A stretch of DNA of 64,000 nucleotides from Batkoa obscura (GCA_030770535.1 JASVEC010000003.1:434001-498000), one strand, 5' to 3'. Shown: positions 40,520 through 54,609, numbered from the stretch's first letter. The notes: generated by a model not told the origin, from the letters alone. Numbers and translations: made by a program.

Positions 40520-42700
40520 ATGGACAATACTAACACACAAAGGTCACAAGAAAAGCAAAGTAACAATCCTCCAGTTGAAGAAATGGAAAATGACTTTGAC
40601 AAAAATATGTTTGACTTAAATAATATACCTGAAGAGCTGGAATTATTTATGAGTGGAGAAACCAACAATCCAGTAGTAAAAGCAGGAAATCAAACCGCTT
40701 ATAGTTCAGCGAATCCAGGGCCCAATATAGGTAACAATTTGGATAACAATCCCTCTAGCACTCATAATAATGTGAGTGATAAATCCCAAACCCCAAACCA
40801 ACAACAAGCACAGATGAATTTTAATCCTTATCAAAGTGTGAATCAAAATATGAATCAAAACCTGATGATGCAAAATATGAATAATTTACATAGCTATAAT
40901 AACATAAACCCATATTATGCAAACCAAATTATGAACGCAGGATATGGTATAAATCCATTAGCTAATCAGCAAATGAATCAATTTACACCCCCAATTCAAA
41001 ATATACTACCAAGAGCGAATAATTTTATAAATTACAATTCTAGGCCAAACAACGATTTTAAGCCTCAGTCTAGGCCTAATGTTCAAACTAATAATGCACA
41101 AAACGAAAAGAAGAGTAATAAGCCAGCTCCACAAAGTACTGCAAGTACTACAGGTAAAATTTATTTAAGTCAAAAAATTTATCTAAGATATTTTAAGCTA
41201 AACCAAGTGAAATTCAAAATTTTATGTCGGCTTTGCCTTTTGAGACAATGATAGCTATTAATGACTTAATAGCTAAATTCAGTAAGCAAATAATCGTTTT
41301 TGAAACTTTTGTTGATAAAGCACGGGAAGTATTAAAAGACAAATTTCCATTATTTGCAAGACTCATACCTGGGCAATTAAAAAGGCCAAATCAAGCACAA
41401 AGTGAACCACAACCTTCTAACAACCATCCGATTCAAAGCACTAGTAAACCTTCTAATAATAAAAGTCAGTCTGTAAACAATTCTAATAAGAAGTAAGAAA
41501 AAAATCGATTTTTTAACTTTATATTAATTATTTATTTTAGACCTTACAAACCCGAAAATACACAGATTGCTCCAAATAAGATGCCTTATTCAACTAATAT
41601 TAACTTTAATAGTCGTGTTAAACATTCTTATACACCAGCAAAACCAAGTCCTTTAGCTGTTTATTCCTCAAATGTACCGCCTAAAATTGCACCTTCTTCA
41701 AACCCAAATAAGCCTGTTCAAACTATTCAGCCTGTTCACCCAAAGCCTACTGTCAGTCAAAGTGCAAAGTAAACCAGTTTTAAAGTAAAATTAATACTAC
41801 TAACGCTTTAAATTAGCAACGATCGTAGATTTGATTATGATTCTTTAACCGACGTCATGGGATCTGCTGGTGTTGATCTTCGTGAAGAAAGTGAAAATAT
41901 ATTGAAATCAACAAATTCACATTTAACAAGTTCCTATTTGTATCAAACACAAACGAGTTATGGGGCTAAAAGTAGCTACACAGCTCCAAAATTGTTAGTA
42001 GATAACAATGCTTTAAAAGCAAAAATACTTCCAATTAGTAATTATTTATATACTTACCTTTATTTAAAATTTATTTTATATTTTAGTGAAACAATATGGT
42101 TTAACTAAGATTGATCCTCAAATTTATGAATTAATATCATTAGCTACACAGCAAAGGTTGGAGGATTTAGTAAGAAAAATGATTTCAGTATCTCAACATC
42201 GTAGTCAAACTCAAAACTTACCTCCACCCCCTTATAAAGATGGTAGACCAATGTTTAGAATAAAAGTAACCAATGATCCAAAGGAAGATTTAATTGTATT
42301 ACAAAATGAAGAGATAAAAGATGAAAGAAGGTTAAAGAGGCATTTTGAAAACTTGGAAAATAGTGAAGATTATAATTTAAAAGGAATTAAATTAAATAAT
42401 GAAGACAGCTGTGAGAGAAAGATTGTCAATAAAGTCACTACCTACTCTTTTGGTAAGACTGAGAAAGTATGGATGTGTGGAAGAAAGCCTGCGTTAACAA
42501 GTACTACTTTTTTTAAAAATGAGGATTTAACTATTACTCCTCAAAACGGAAATACAACAAGTGCAACAGAATCTATTACAGATTCTAAGCAAAACATAAT
42601 TTCTATTGTTGACGCTATTACTGTGCTTGAAACCGATTTTTCAAAAAAAGGAGCTATTAAATCAAAAGTTGTAGAAAGGTTCCGAGCTAACTTGGATTGA
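40520..42700 (+). CDS. TAF4: TFIID subunit TAF4, paralogue A; 4 introns
   Basis: DVMGSAGVDLREESE; ELISLATQQRLEDLVRKMISVSQHR histone fold; C-terminal ISIVDAITVLETD. Confidence 0.85.
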
Positions 42701-42846
42701 TCCCAGAAATTACAGGTTAATTTTAATATAGTAATTAGCTTTTAATTGTTGTGGCCTTTAGCTTAATATTTCTATTTATTAATAAAATCTATATTAAAAA
42801 ATTAATGTTACATGTTGAATATTTTATTACAGTTTCAAATTTTAAT

Positions 42847-44994
42847 TTAATTCAAGTTTGAATATTTGCTAATAATAAGCTTTTTAGAATTGGAAGCTGG
42901 TGCAGTCAATTGATCAGATTCTAAGACAAATAAAGCATCTTGAATAGTAAGGATACGGGGAGCATTTTTTCCAAAAGAAGAGTTATAGCGAGGCGTAGAG
43001 GGAGTAGATAGAGTTGAATAAGGTTTGTTACCTAAAGGACTAGAACCATGAGTTACTGTTTGCTTTGGCACAAGGTTTGATGAAACTGTAGGTTTATAAT
43101 TATTTTTAACTAAAGGAGAATTTAACCTTGGTGATGAAGAGATAGGGGTTGATGTCATCCAAGATTTAGGTACAGAACCTGTAACAAAAGCTGCTGTTTG
43201 ATTAGCTAATAACTTTCGATTATCTTCTGATAAATTTTTTGGGTTGGTAGCTGAGTTATCTTTCTTTGTTTTACTTCTTTTACTTTTTGGGTCATCTTCT
43301 AATTCAATCCCCTGTTCAATTCTTTGTCTCATCAATCTCTCTTCTTCCCTATCAATACGCTCTAAAACGGTTGTATGTCTCTTACTATCCAAATTAACTT
43401 GTATTTTGTATTCTGGTCTTCCATTTGGGTTCACTTCAGGTTGAGGGAAATTTTGATGATTTTTAACTCGATGTTTACTAGCACTTATCATTCTCTCAAT
43501 TACTGACCTGATTCTTTCTTCTGCAGCTAATGAAATTAAATCATATACTTTTCTGTCAATTTGATTTAACCCATTTTGATTTGCTGTAAATATAATTTTT
43601 AATAAATCACCAAGTTTAATGTAAAATAATTACCAATCCTATTCATTTTTTGAGCAAGTATATCCTTATCAATAAATGGAAGCAAGGTAGGTGTAGCAGT
43701 ATGCTGTTGTCCTTTAGGATCAAGCCTAGTATCACCATAGGGTGTAGCACTTAATGCGGATTTTTTTATGATATTCGCCTCTTCTTTTACATTCACTCCA
43801 GTAGATCCCATAACGTCTGTTAATGATTTATAATCAACGCCTGTACTATTGTTTATATAATAAAATTTAAAACTTAAAATTTATTTTACAAAAATCATGC
43901 AATTACCTTTTGTTAACTGGATTGAGATTGTTTGAGGATGAGGTCTGTTGAGTCTGTGGCTGAGGTTTATAAGCACTGCCTGGTTTACTAATTTGGACAC
44001 CATTTAACGGCCTATAAGATTAAACGCGTTAGTTTAAGAAAAATTACATAATAATAAAAATATTGCCTGAAGTTTGAATTATTTCCCTGTTGTTCTTGGT
44101 TATTTAAAGAAGTACTAGAACATTGTACAGGCTCGGATTTTGCTGAATTAGACTGAGCTGAAGTGTTTTTCATCAATTGAGTCAAAATAGGGTACTTGTC
44201 ACCAAGAAGATCTCTAGCTTCTCTACTATATTCATCTGTTTCGATCTCTTTTTTTAACAAACGATTGATTAAGTCCTTAAGTTTATGGCTGACATCTATA
44301 TGTAAATCATCTAAAAATTTCTTGAATGTTAAATTTTCATTAGTTGCTTTAGTTTGAACTTTTGGTATGTTTTTTTGGCCTAATAATGTATTAATAAATT
44401 AATCAACTAATTAATCTTAATTTCATTACTTGGGCTATTGGTCTGCCTATTGTTTGCTTTAGCTTTAGCTTTGGTAGGCTTTGGTGACGGGGAAGCGATA
44501 GCGGAGTTGGATCTACTAGGTTGAATAGGGACATAAGAATTTGGATTAGGCATTATTGGGACATTTGTATAACTACCACCTCTGATTGAAAGAGGTCTAT
44601 TGCCAGAGTTATATTGAGGTAAAATTTTCGCGACTGCAGAAAGAATATTTAAATTATTTAAATCATACCCTGAGCTTATATGTTGATTAATCAAAGGGTA
44701 TTTGTTGTAATTATTATTATATTGAGGAATGTTTTGGTATATATTTTTCAAACTTCCGGGCGGCATATTACCGCTACCAAGTGCCGTCCTTGGTAGTATA
44801 TTGTTAACAGGGCGAACATTATTTTGTGGATTAGGGGGATTTTGTGGTAACTGTTGACCTGTTGACTGTGTATTAAAAGTAGTGAATTGGCCTAAATTTT
44901 GTACACCTGGTAAGTCATTTTTCTTGTTCTTACTACTCTTTTTGTTCGGCTTATCTTGATTATTATTTCCTTGTGGTTGTTGATTTGAACCCAT
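42847..44994 (-). CDS. TAF4: TFIID subunit TAF4, paralogue B; 4 introns
   Basis: DVMGSTGVNVKEEA; DLISLAAEERIRSVIERMISASKHR; ANQTAA..SWM; RILTIQDALFVLESD. Confidence 0.88.
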
Positions 44995-45280
44995 TAAAAA
45001 CTACTTAAATGAAAAAAGAATATTTTATTTTAAAGCTTTAATAGCTATTAATTATTTGCGCAGATACTCCTAAATTTGAATTGAGTTTGCAAAAAAACAA
45101 GGATCTGAATACTAGTAAAATACAGAAAAAGACTAATTGAAAACTATTTATCAGATAGTAATAATTCATTTATAGTATAAAAATGATACAAAGCATATAA
45201 TTGTGGGCCTGTTTTATTTATTAAAGTTCTAGTTTTATTTTAGTTTTACACAACTAAATCCCCATATCTATGTTACATAT

Positions 45281-45376
45281 GGGGGTGTTTTTTTTGGCTT
45301 CATTATTTTTCTATTTTTAAGCACTATTAAGCGGAAAGATTGTTAGTAGAATTTTTAAACAAAAAAATGCATCCCC
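45281..45376. mobile_element. MITE family A
   Basis: GGGGG..CCCC; ATAT flanks. Confidence 0.85.
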
Positions 45377-45646
45377 ATATATACCATTATTAATTTTTTA
45401 ATCGACTACTGTATCATTAATTTATATACAATTGCCATACTTTCAATTTATAGCATTGTGCTATTAAACTCAATCTTTTGTACATTCTTGAAGTATTACT
45501 TTTAAAATGTTACTACTATAGCTATACGATATACATTTGTGTCAATACTGCCATTGACATTCACACCAATAACAAAATGTTTTTCAAGGCTTTTTAAAAA
45601 ATAGTCAAACTTTATAAAGACATAAGAATAAGGTTATAAACTTTAT

Positions 45647-46813
45647 TTAAACAATATTATTGTAAGCTAAAAGATTAACTGTATCTGGTTTGTTTTTCTT
45701 GATAGCACCTTTTGTTGCAGTTTTTAAAATCTTTTGGGTTATTTGTGAATTAGTTAAAATTTCTTTTGAAAGATAATAAGCAGCAAGCCCAGCAACATGT
45801 GGCGTAGACATAGAAGTACCAGAAAGGGTATCCGTTTTACCATCATTGTAAGTAGAAACTATAAGTGAACCGGGGGCAAATATATCGACACATTTACCAG
45901 TATTTGAGAGGCTCCATACATCATCATTGGCGGTCGATGCAGCTACAGTTATAGCATTAGGAGAAGAGGCGGGTGACTTAGTACATGCGTCTCTACTATC
46001 ATTACCAGCAGAAACAACAACCACAAATCCTTGTTGATAAGCAGTTTCAACAGCTGAATTAACAGATTCTGAAACAGGGCCACCAAGGGACATACTAATA
46101 ACATTACCTTTTGCACCCCTTTTATCACCAACAACCCAGTTTATAGCAGAAATAATATTAGCAAAGTTACCATTACCATTATTATCAAAGACTTTAACGG
46201 CTACTAAACTTACTTTTTTTGCTACTCCATAAGTTTTTGACCCTACAGTACCAGCACAATGAGTACCATGACCAAGACCATCTCCATCATCATCAATGTC
46301 CGTAGTAAATCTTGCACCAAATTTAGCTCTTCCTTCAAACTCTGGGTGAGTTATTAAAATACCAGTATCAATGACATAAACAGTTACGCCTTCACCATTT
46401 CCATCATAAGTGTAAGTAAATGTATTAGTAAAATTACGTTGAGAAATGCGAGATATACCCCACGGGGCATTTGTTTGAACGGAATCCAATTTAACTTTGG
46501 CATTTTTTTCAACAAAAGCAACATCACTTAGGTTACGAACCTTTTGCAATACATTTTCAGTCAAATACGCACTGTACGATTTTCCAATATGATTATAAAC
46601 ATCTTGGATCTTATTTATACTATTACGCTCAGTAAATAAGGACCTGACATAATTAACATGAGCATCTAAACTGGATCTTGTATTTGGTTTAAGATTGATA
46701 ATATAGCTTTGATCAACTATATTACCATCAGCAGGGGAATGAAGGGGAGCAAGATTAGCCAAAACGATGGACTTTAGAAATAAAATACTTGTTATAAAAA
46801 TAGTAGATCTCAT
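45647..46813 (-). CDS. Secreted subtilisin (S8, proteinase K-like) with I9 propeptide
   Basis: Signal peptide; catalytic-triad motifs VIDTG, HGTHCAG and SGTSMSTPHVAG. Confidence 0.97.
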   Translation of the reverse strand: MRSTIFITSILFLKSIVLANLAPLHSPADGNIVDQSYIINLKPNTRSSLDAHVNYVRSLFTERNSINKIQDVYNHIGKSYSAYLTENVLQKVRNLSDVAFVEKNAKVKLDSVQTNAPWGISRISQRNFTNTFTYTYDGNGEGVTVYVIDTGILITHPEFEGRAKFGARFTTDIDDDGDGLGHGTHCAGTVGSKTYGVAKKVSLVAVKVFDNNGNGNFANIISAINWVVGDKRGAKGNVISMSLGGPVSESVNSAVETAYQQGFVVVVSAGNDSRDACTKSPASSPNAITVAASTANDDVWSLSNTGKCVDIFAPGSLIVSTYNDGKTDTLSGTSMSTPHVAGLAAYYLSKEILTNSQITQKILKTATKGAIKKNKPDTVNLLAYNNIV

Positions 46814-47221
46814 TTTAAATTTATTTGTTTATTACTTAACCTTTCTTTATCTCTTTTATATCATTCTTTTCCCATCGTTTTTTTATAATAGTTTAATTTA
46901 AAATCATTTAGTTGACTAGTGTCAAATGATGCTCTAGTAATTACTTAATATAGCTCTGAACTTCACCATATGATGGACCAAATGTTACTTATTTACATTA
47001 ATAAAACTTATTAAGCTATTGGATTGGACTAAATTTACTAAAAAAAACTAGACAGTGACGCTATCCTTTGGTGTTATTATACCATTTTTCTCTTAACATT
47101 CATATTAAATAAAGCTTACACAGAAACACACCCAACAAGAATAAAGTAGTTTGGTTTTCCTGTTAACATCACTGTTTTTAAATTTGGATATCTTATCAAA
47201 ATTTTAATAAAAAGGAGAAAA

Positions 47222-47295
47222 TGTTTCCGTCCAGATTCGAACTGGAGACCTTCTGTGTGTTAGACAGATGTGATAACCAACTACACCACGGAAAC
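47222..47295 (-). tRNA. tRNA-Val(AAC)
   Basis: GTTTCCG/CGGAAAC acceptor stem; TCTGT-CTAACAC-ACAGA anticodon arm; GTTCGAATC. Confidence 0.95.
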
Positions 47296-47608
47296 TGTGA
47301 TTTCATAATAATACTTAGTGAATTAAATATTTAATTACATGTACTGTATGAATTTGATAACAGTAACAGTTTGTTTTATTTGTGTTTGAATGATTGATTG
47401 TTCAAATTTTCGGATAATTCCACTTTATCATTCCGAGTTTTCAAAGTATTGTTACATCGGGATCCTTTATCCAATTCGATTAAATAAGGGTGAGACCGAA
47501 ATGAATAAAAACAAACTTACTTTTATTTCATCAACAGTAGTAAAATCGAAATAAAGGTCTAATTGAAATCAGTATAGATAGAAAGGAGCAAGTTTACCAA
47601 ACAAAACT

Positions 47609-49524
47609 TTATAAAAAAGAAAAGGGTTTATCAAATGAAGATTTATCGAAAGGGGGTCTTTCAAATAGAGGTTTATCAAAAGAGACGGTAAGTGGGTTAC
47701 CAAAACCTGAAGAGAACCCTAAATAATAAACAAACCAGGGAATAACGTAGGTCATATTGAATTTAACTGCATAATCAATTGCATTGAATCCATCCGAATC
47801 TCTTTTGTTAAAATAATGCATAGGCAGCACATCTTTCAAATATTTGTAGTTGACTCTACCATCATCGTAAGGGGTAACAGCTCTATTAGTTAACACCATA
47901 TGGCTTGAAAAAGGGAAAGCGTAATTTATTTTGTTAGAATATATTTTTAAAATATGTATTAGTATAATTAGAACTTGATCTTGTAAATTCATTTTTGCTG
48001 CTAATACTAACAATGTTTCAGAGCTTAAATCATATTCTTTGACAACGTTATTATTAATAATATTCATGGGTTTAAATAAAGAATTTGTTTTACTACGTGT
48101 GATTAAATTACAGTGGTTATATAATACATTTGAGAACCTTAAATTATAATAATTTAATGCTGCAACAAGAGTAGCTGGATCTTTAGATACTAATGCAAAC
48201 CTTGTGACAATCCAAGCTAGTCTACGATGATGGGGTGGTAATATTTTTGAAATTAAAGTATTGAATAAATTTTGGTTATAAAAATATAATCTAAAAAATC
48301 TTTCACTGATTTCTCTACTATCCATTCTTCCGGTTAATGTTATTATGTTCGAAGTTGAATAATTGTCATTAATAAACTTTAAATTTGTTGGATCTGGAAC
48401 AAAACTTAATGGCCTTGGCTTATCATTTTCGTTACATAATATATTACTATTGACTGAAAAATAAGAAGCAACTAGTTGATTGAATTTTTCTTTTTCTCCT
48501 TCTTCGTCATTTGGTAATTCTTTGTCAATCAATTTTTCAAACATCCTAATAAAAAACGTTTGATTTCGTCTATATGCTATTTCTAATGGTGTACATTTAT
48601 ATTGATAATCTCTATGTAACAATTGTTTACGATCATGATTTAAACATTGATAAATGATATTTGGACATGTTATCCCATAATATGCCGCAATCCATAATGG
48701 ACTCTGTTTATATTTATTTGGATATATACTTTTTTTACTGAATTCCATAACATAATGGTAACGCAATCTATTACATAACCTATCTAACTCTTGGAACTCT
48801 TTCAAGTCTTGAAATTTGAGTGGCACCCCAATGCTTTGTATAGAATAACAATCTTTATATACTTTTGAATACCTTTTATTCAAATATCTTGTATTCAAAG
48901 CATAAATAATTTTAACTCCACAACTGTGGCACTTATAAATTAATTCTTGAAATGAATCTAATAAATCTTATAATTAAAATATAAATAAAGTATATTGGAA
49001 CAAAACAAAATAACTCACAATCTTGATAAATTGCTTTCACATCAATTGGAAGGATAACGCAACAAAGTTGCTTCAAAGTAGCTTTCCTTGCAATATTGAT
49101 ATGTCCAAATTGCAATGTAGGTTCTTCCTATTTAAGATTAGTTATATTTTTTTTAACTATACATAGATATTACTTTCTTAACTTCAGTTATTATTTCTTC
49201 ATCATCTATAAATTCATTATCATTTACTCTTTTATCATCGCTTCCTTTTTTATTATCATTTGCCTTCTTGTCACCGTTAGCTTTCTTATCTTTTACTTTT
49301 TTATCACTTGCTTTCCTTTCATTTCCTTTCTTATCACTATTTATTTTCTTATCATTATCATCTTTTGGCTCCTCATCCAATTTTGGAAGCTTAGCGTCAA
49401 CTGCTTTTAAAAACTCGTCGGCTAATCTATGAATTTCCGGAACTACAGTTTGCGTTACATAACTAATACTGAATTGAACAAATAACACTAAAATAACAAT
49501 AGTATACTTACAACTCTGGTACAT
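47609..49524 (-). CDS. Signal-peptide protein with a K/D-rich repeat and ankyrin-like repeats; 3 exons
   Basis: ORFs 49153..49524, 48933..49115 and 47609..48898 splice in frame; SPLWIAAYYG, TPLEIAYRRN, ETLLVLAAKMN, GFNAIDYAVKFN. Confidence 0.75.
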
Positions 49525-51242
49525 CCCTTCTATCTTTCAAACGCATCATGTTCCGATTTGATTGAATCAAGCTAATGAATTTAAGATAACTCTGACTACT
49601 CTTTATGTCTTCTTCTTTCTTATCAACTTCATTATCCACCTCTTTTTCTTTTATTGAGTTCTTTTTGTTCCTTTTACCCATTCTATATTTTCAAAATTAA
49701 ATCAATCTTTTGTTTTATTTTCCCAATTACAATGGGATTGTTTTTGAAAAAATGTTGTTATTATTGGCTCTTTAATCTCTTAAAAAATAAAGACTTTTTA
49801 AACAAGTATTCATTTGATAAAGTTAAATATAGTGAATCGTCACCACCTTCCTGATATAAAAATAGAATATTAAATATACTAAAGAAGTATAATGACATCA
49901 AAAAGCATTCAAAAAATTACTTTATGATAAAAAAATAGTTAAACTTAAAAATAAAATAATAAATGTTATATAAAAAAAGATATATGACAATTTTAATGAT
50001 AAATTTAAAAAGTAACATATTAAAATAACTGTTTTACAACAATTAAGCCATCATATTAATCACAGTTACCTTAAAGTCACCAATAAATAATTAAAAGCCC
50101 CCCTTTTATTGTTTAGCCGCATTCTGTACTATCTTGCCTCCATGGTAACTTTAACATTATCTTTATACCTTTTTTATTGTTCACAATTGCCTATACGTTC
50201 CTTATACAACTTCATAAAGAAGTCTTAGTTTTTAAAATCCAAGATAATAAATGGAGATGTCTTTTCACTCCAACATTTAACTAATATTCTTTTTAAACTC
50301 AACATTACATACGACACTCATATTATAAGTTTTTTTACCCATTTATTGCCACAGCTCAATTAATATAAATTAATTACAGATTTATAACTATGCTATTCTT
50401 ATTTCATATTTTTTATAAATAGAATGTATTAATTTGTTCAATTATTTTAAATAGTGCTATTAAATAATTTTTAACATTAGAATCAGTGTTCATCAAAGGC
50501 CTCCCTTAAAAATTGTTATTATATCAAAACAATTTTCCAGATAAATTTTATAATTACTTTAAATATCTCTTTACTGCTGTATAATACATAGTTTAGGCGT
50601 AATTTGTTGTATTTAATAACTGAATGTTCCATTTGTATCATTTTAATTTAGTTAAATAAAAATCATTTAAATGAGTAAAAAACTATAAAATTAATTTATA
50701 AACTAAAGCTTTTATATTAAATTTATTACTATTTAGCCTATTAGAAAAAGAAAGTATATCAATGTTTTAATTTTAAATCATAATTTATATAAATAAATAT
50801 GTTTTTTATATTACTATTTATGCTAAATAGTTGAGATGAAATTTTGATTTTATATAAATATATTTCTATTTAATTTGATTTATCAATTTTAGAACTTGAA
50901 TAATTTAGCCACTTTATTAATAAATTTTTTCAACTATTTTCCGTTTGGTTGGGTTGATTTTTTTTGGGATTTCATATTTTTGACTTCAAATTATTCCAAT
51001 TGTGAGTCAAGGATAAACTTTAAAACTTGACCAATTACCAATCAAGTATTTTAAAAGAATGTATAGTATAATTTATGAATATTCCCAGACATCAAAAAAC
51101 AGTCACTCTAGAAAAATACTCCACAAAGAAATTAAATTATGATATTGTATAAATTATCTTTAATTAAAATATGTACAATTGAAGAAATTTAATTAGCAAG
51201 TTAAATAATATTAAAATTACACTAAAGTAAAGCAATTAGCAA

Positions 51243-52178
51243 TTAAAGAGCCTTATGGATTACTTTGACATGACGCGTAAGATCATGCTTTCTAGAAAAC
51301 CGACGAGAACATATATGACATTGAAACTGCTTGATACGAACTGGGTTATGGATTTCCAAATGCGCCTTCATATTATAAAGTCTACTAAACTTTTTCTCAC
51401 ATCCAGGATGAGAACATGGGATAATCTTAGGCAATGGTCCACTTCTCTTACGAGTTGTACTAGTAGGGCTGGAAGCGATTTGATTAAATTTTTTGTTATA
51501 ATCATTACTATGAGGCTGTTCGTTATGAAGCTTCTGTGGAATAGGTAGGATAGGCTCTTTTATCATGGGGATTGTATTGGTTAATCCAGGGTAACTAGCA
51601 GGCTGCATCACTTGGTATGGGTTCATGAATATGCTTTGGGAATAGAACTGAGATGATTGACTCATTCCATTATAGCTATTGATGAGCGGTAAATTATATG
51701 GAGCGTTAACATCATAATTCAGCGATCTTGATGGCATATTATTCATCTCAAAACCTCGATTTATGTTTTGTGGTGAATGCTGATTATCAAGGACAGGGGT
51801 AGGGACCGATAGAGTTGATTTCAAGTTATGGTTAATATCATAATCTGAGTGAATAGGTGGGGATATCTCTTCCGTTTTAACTTCGTTTTGTACACTATTA
51901 GAATATTGATGGGATATTTGCTTATCATTATTGTTCACGTACCCAGGCAAATAATGTGGATACATTTGGTTCAAATTATCAGCATATATGTTGTAACCTA
52001 AATTTTGGATATTTTGGGTTGGATACACTGTATAATTATCTTTGTTGTATGTTGACTCTAAATCCTGTGGATTACTATTATCTCTTTGACTTGTATGATT
52101 GTCCAATTTGTATTCAGGGTTGTGAGTATAATATGATCTGTTTATGTTATGACTGTATGTTAATAAGCTATCAGGCAT
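51243..52178 (-). CDS. C2H2 zinc-finger transcription factor
   Basis: Two C-terminal fingers: CSHPGCEKKFSRLYNMKAHLEIH and CHICSRRFSRKHDLTRHVKVIH. Confidence 0.9.
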   Translation of the reverse strand: MPDSLLTYSHNINRSYYTHNPEYKLDNHTSQRDNSNPQDLESTYNKDNYTVYPTQNIQNLGYNIYADNLNQMYPHYLPGYVNNNDKQISHQYSNSVQNEVKTEEISPPIHSDYDINHNLKSTLSVPTPVLDNQHSPQNINRGFEMNNMPSRSLNYDVNAPYNLPLINSYNGMSQSSQFYSQSIFMNPYQVMQPASYPGLTNTIPMIKEPILPIPQKLHNEQPHSNDYNKKFNQIASSPTSTTRKRSGPLPKIIPCSHPGCEKKFSRLYNMKAHLEIHNPVRIKQFQCHICSRRFSRKHDLTRHVKVIHKAL

Positions 52179-54011
52179 ATTTAGTTGCTTGATGTAGGAT
52201 GATTACTAATCGATGTGGATTCGATTTAAAAAAATATAAAAAGAAAAATGATTATTCCCTTTCTTTGCTTAGCTTTTTATACTAAAATTTATCCATTGAC
52301 TCGACAAATCATTCGATAAGATTTTATAAATTAGTAAAAAGATGTTGGATGATTTCTCAATGACAAAGCTGAGCAGTTTTGTAAATTATGAAATCATTAC
52401 AAATCAAATTGATTTAATTGGGTAATAGTTTATAAATACATCCAATGTTATTTTTAAAAATATTTTGATTTGAAGTGATAAAAATAAAGTTGCCTAATAA
52501 ATAGAACATGTAACATTCCAATAACTAAAGGATTAAGTTCTAAAAAAATAGAATTTTTAGTTTCACTTCGGATCAACTTCGCATTTTTATTAATTTAAAA
52601 ATATTTAAAGTTAGTAAACAAAAATATAAAAAATTAGCCTAAAACTTATTAATTATAATAAAATATTTAATATTTAGTTAACCTCATCATTCAGCATTTC
52701 AAAGCCACTATTTAGACACTATAAAGTTTAATTTTGATTTCAATAGATTTTAATATATTAAATCAATCAATTGATTAGATACTTTAATGTATTTCTTCAA
52801 CTGATTATTTTTTAAGTTGTAGTTTTAACTTTTTGTGACAATTTTTTGGGAATCTGGTCCTTTTGGGGAACTCAATTATTCCGCTTTTTTACTTCCACCC
52901 TCAGTTTCTAATTTGAACTTTCCTTTTAGTCTTTTTACCTTTAATTGGCCATTAGCTATGGCGTCACAATCTCCCTTATTTCATAAAATATGGTAATTTA
53001 GTATCAGAAATTAAAAATTTAATAAAAAAACGACTATTTAATATTACATGTAAACTGTTTTACTATATATGAGAAATATCTTGTTTCTTTAATACAGATA
53101 AAAAATAATACATAACCCTTGGCTTATTAAAAATAACTAATTTAAGATCTAAAATGAAATAAATTAATTTATATATTTTTATATTATATTAATAAAACAT
53201 TATCCCTATTTTATCTAATATATTATAAAGAACAATTCAATAAATATTTATAAATAATGTTAAAAAATTGTTATCTAAAATAAGTAAAAGATTTGATAAT
53301 CAATATCTCGAGCTAAATCGCAAGATAATGTCAATAATAAAAAAGTAGGATTGTGAAGTTTTTATCCTTTTTTAAAAGTTAACTTTTCATTATTTTTATT
53401 TTTATTAATATATAAACTACAGTACAAGTCAAAAGATAGCTCTTATATTTACTCAATACCCCCAATTTTTATAACTTAAAATAGTAGATGTTTAAATGAA
53501 TACCGGTTAAATAATAACATAGCTTGAAACCATTTAGTCTTTAACGGGTAAGTGTTAACATTAAATTTGGAAAATCAAATTGATATGACTTAACCTGTTT
53601 GGAAATCATCTTACATAGTTTAATGTTGATATTTGAGGCTTTAAAGTAATCGTAAGATATTTCCGTTTAGTCAATTTCCCGTTGAGAATTAAATATTGGA
53701 AATTTGAGTTTGCTTCGAAATTCTAACTGAAGGTTTATAGTGAGGCTGGTCATTAGTTATAGGGTGGAGCTCATTAAAATTATAGCAAAAGTAAGATGAA
53801 AATATCAAAAGAAATTGTGTCAACTTTTTAATACTAATGCTATTAAAATAATTCAAACATACTTTTTCTTACATAACTTGAGAACGTTGGAAACTAAACG
53901 TGTCAACTATTTAGCTTTTTAATTACTTAATATATTTAGTCTATGATGCCTTCAAGCTGTATAACAGAAATTGTGTTTAAATTATTTCATGACTACAAGA
54001 TGATTTATTAT

Positions 54012-54099
54012 ATGAAAGTGTTTCGGTTTTATTTGTTTCCATTTATTAAGCGCTATTGACTGGAAAATTAGCAAAATTATACAAAATAGATGTTCCTAT
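54012..54099. mobile_element. MITE family A, highly degenerate
   Basis: Residual TTTCCATTTATTAAGCGCTATTGACTGGAAAATTAG core. Confidence 0.5.
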
Positions 54100-54321
54100 A
54101 TAATGTTTTTGAAATTTTATGTTACATAGAAAGCGAACAAAATAGTAAGAAATTATTTGTAGTGATATTAGGACATCCATAGAAATTTGATTGTCAATGG
54201 TATAATCAATAAATAAAAGATAAGGAATTATAGATTAAAAACCAAACATGTTGATATTTATTGAAATATTATCTTTGAAACTTGAATTTTATTATTTAAT
54301 AAAAAAAAAGTAAAAAGAAGA

Positions 54322-54393
54322 CTCTCGAGCGGGGAATTGAACCCCGGTCTCCCGCGTGACAGGCGGGGATACTCACCACTATACTACCCGAGA
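54322..54393 (-). tRNA. tRNA-Asp(GTC)
   Basis: Cloverleaf; CCCGC-CTGTCAC-GCGGG anticodon arm; GGTTCAATTCC. Confidence 0.95.
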
Positions 54394-54609
54394 CTTTCTA
54401 TTTGCTTAATTTAACACTAATAAATTATATAAATTAAAAATTATTGAAAAAAGTAAGCTGATTACTCTACTATTGTGTCATTCATTGATTGACTTCTAAG
54501 TATACATGAATTCAAAATTTACTGGTTAATTTTTTAAAAAAAATCGAAGGTAAAATAAGTACAAGAATAAACTAGGTCAAATTTCATTAATGATTAATAG
54601 ATAAAAATA

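Noticed and set aside
42945..42962. GTATCCTT as a U12-type intron donor
   Set aside because: It lies inside the conserved TAF4 coding motif PRILT with an uninterrupted frame.
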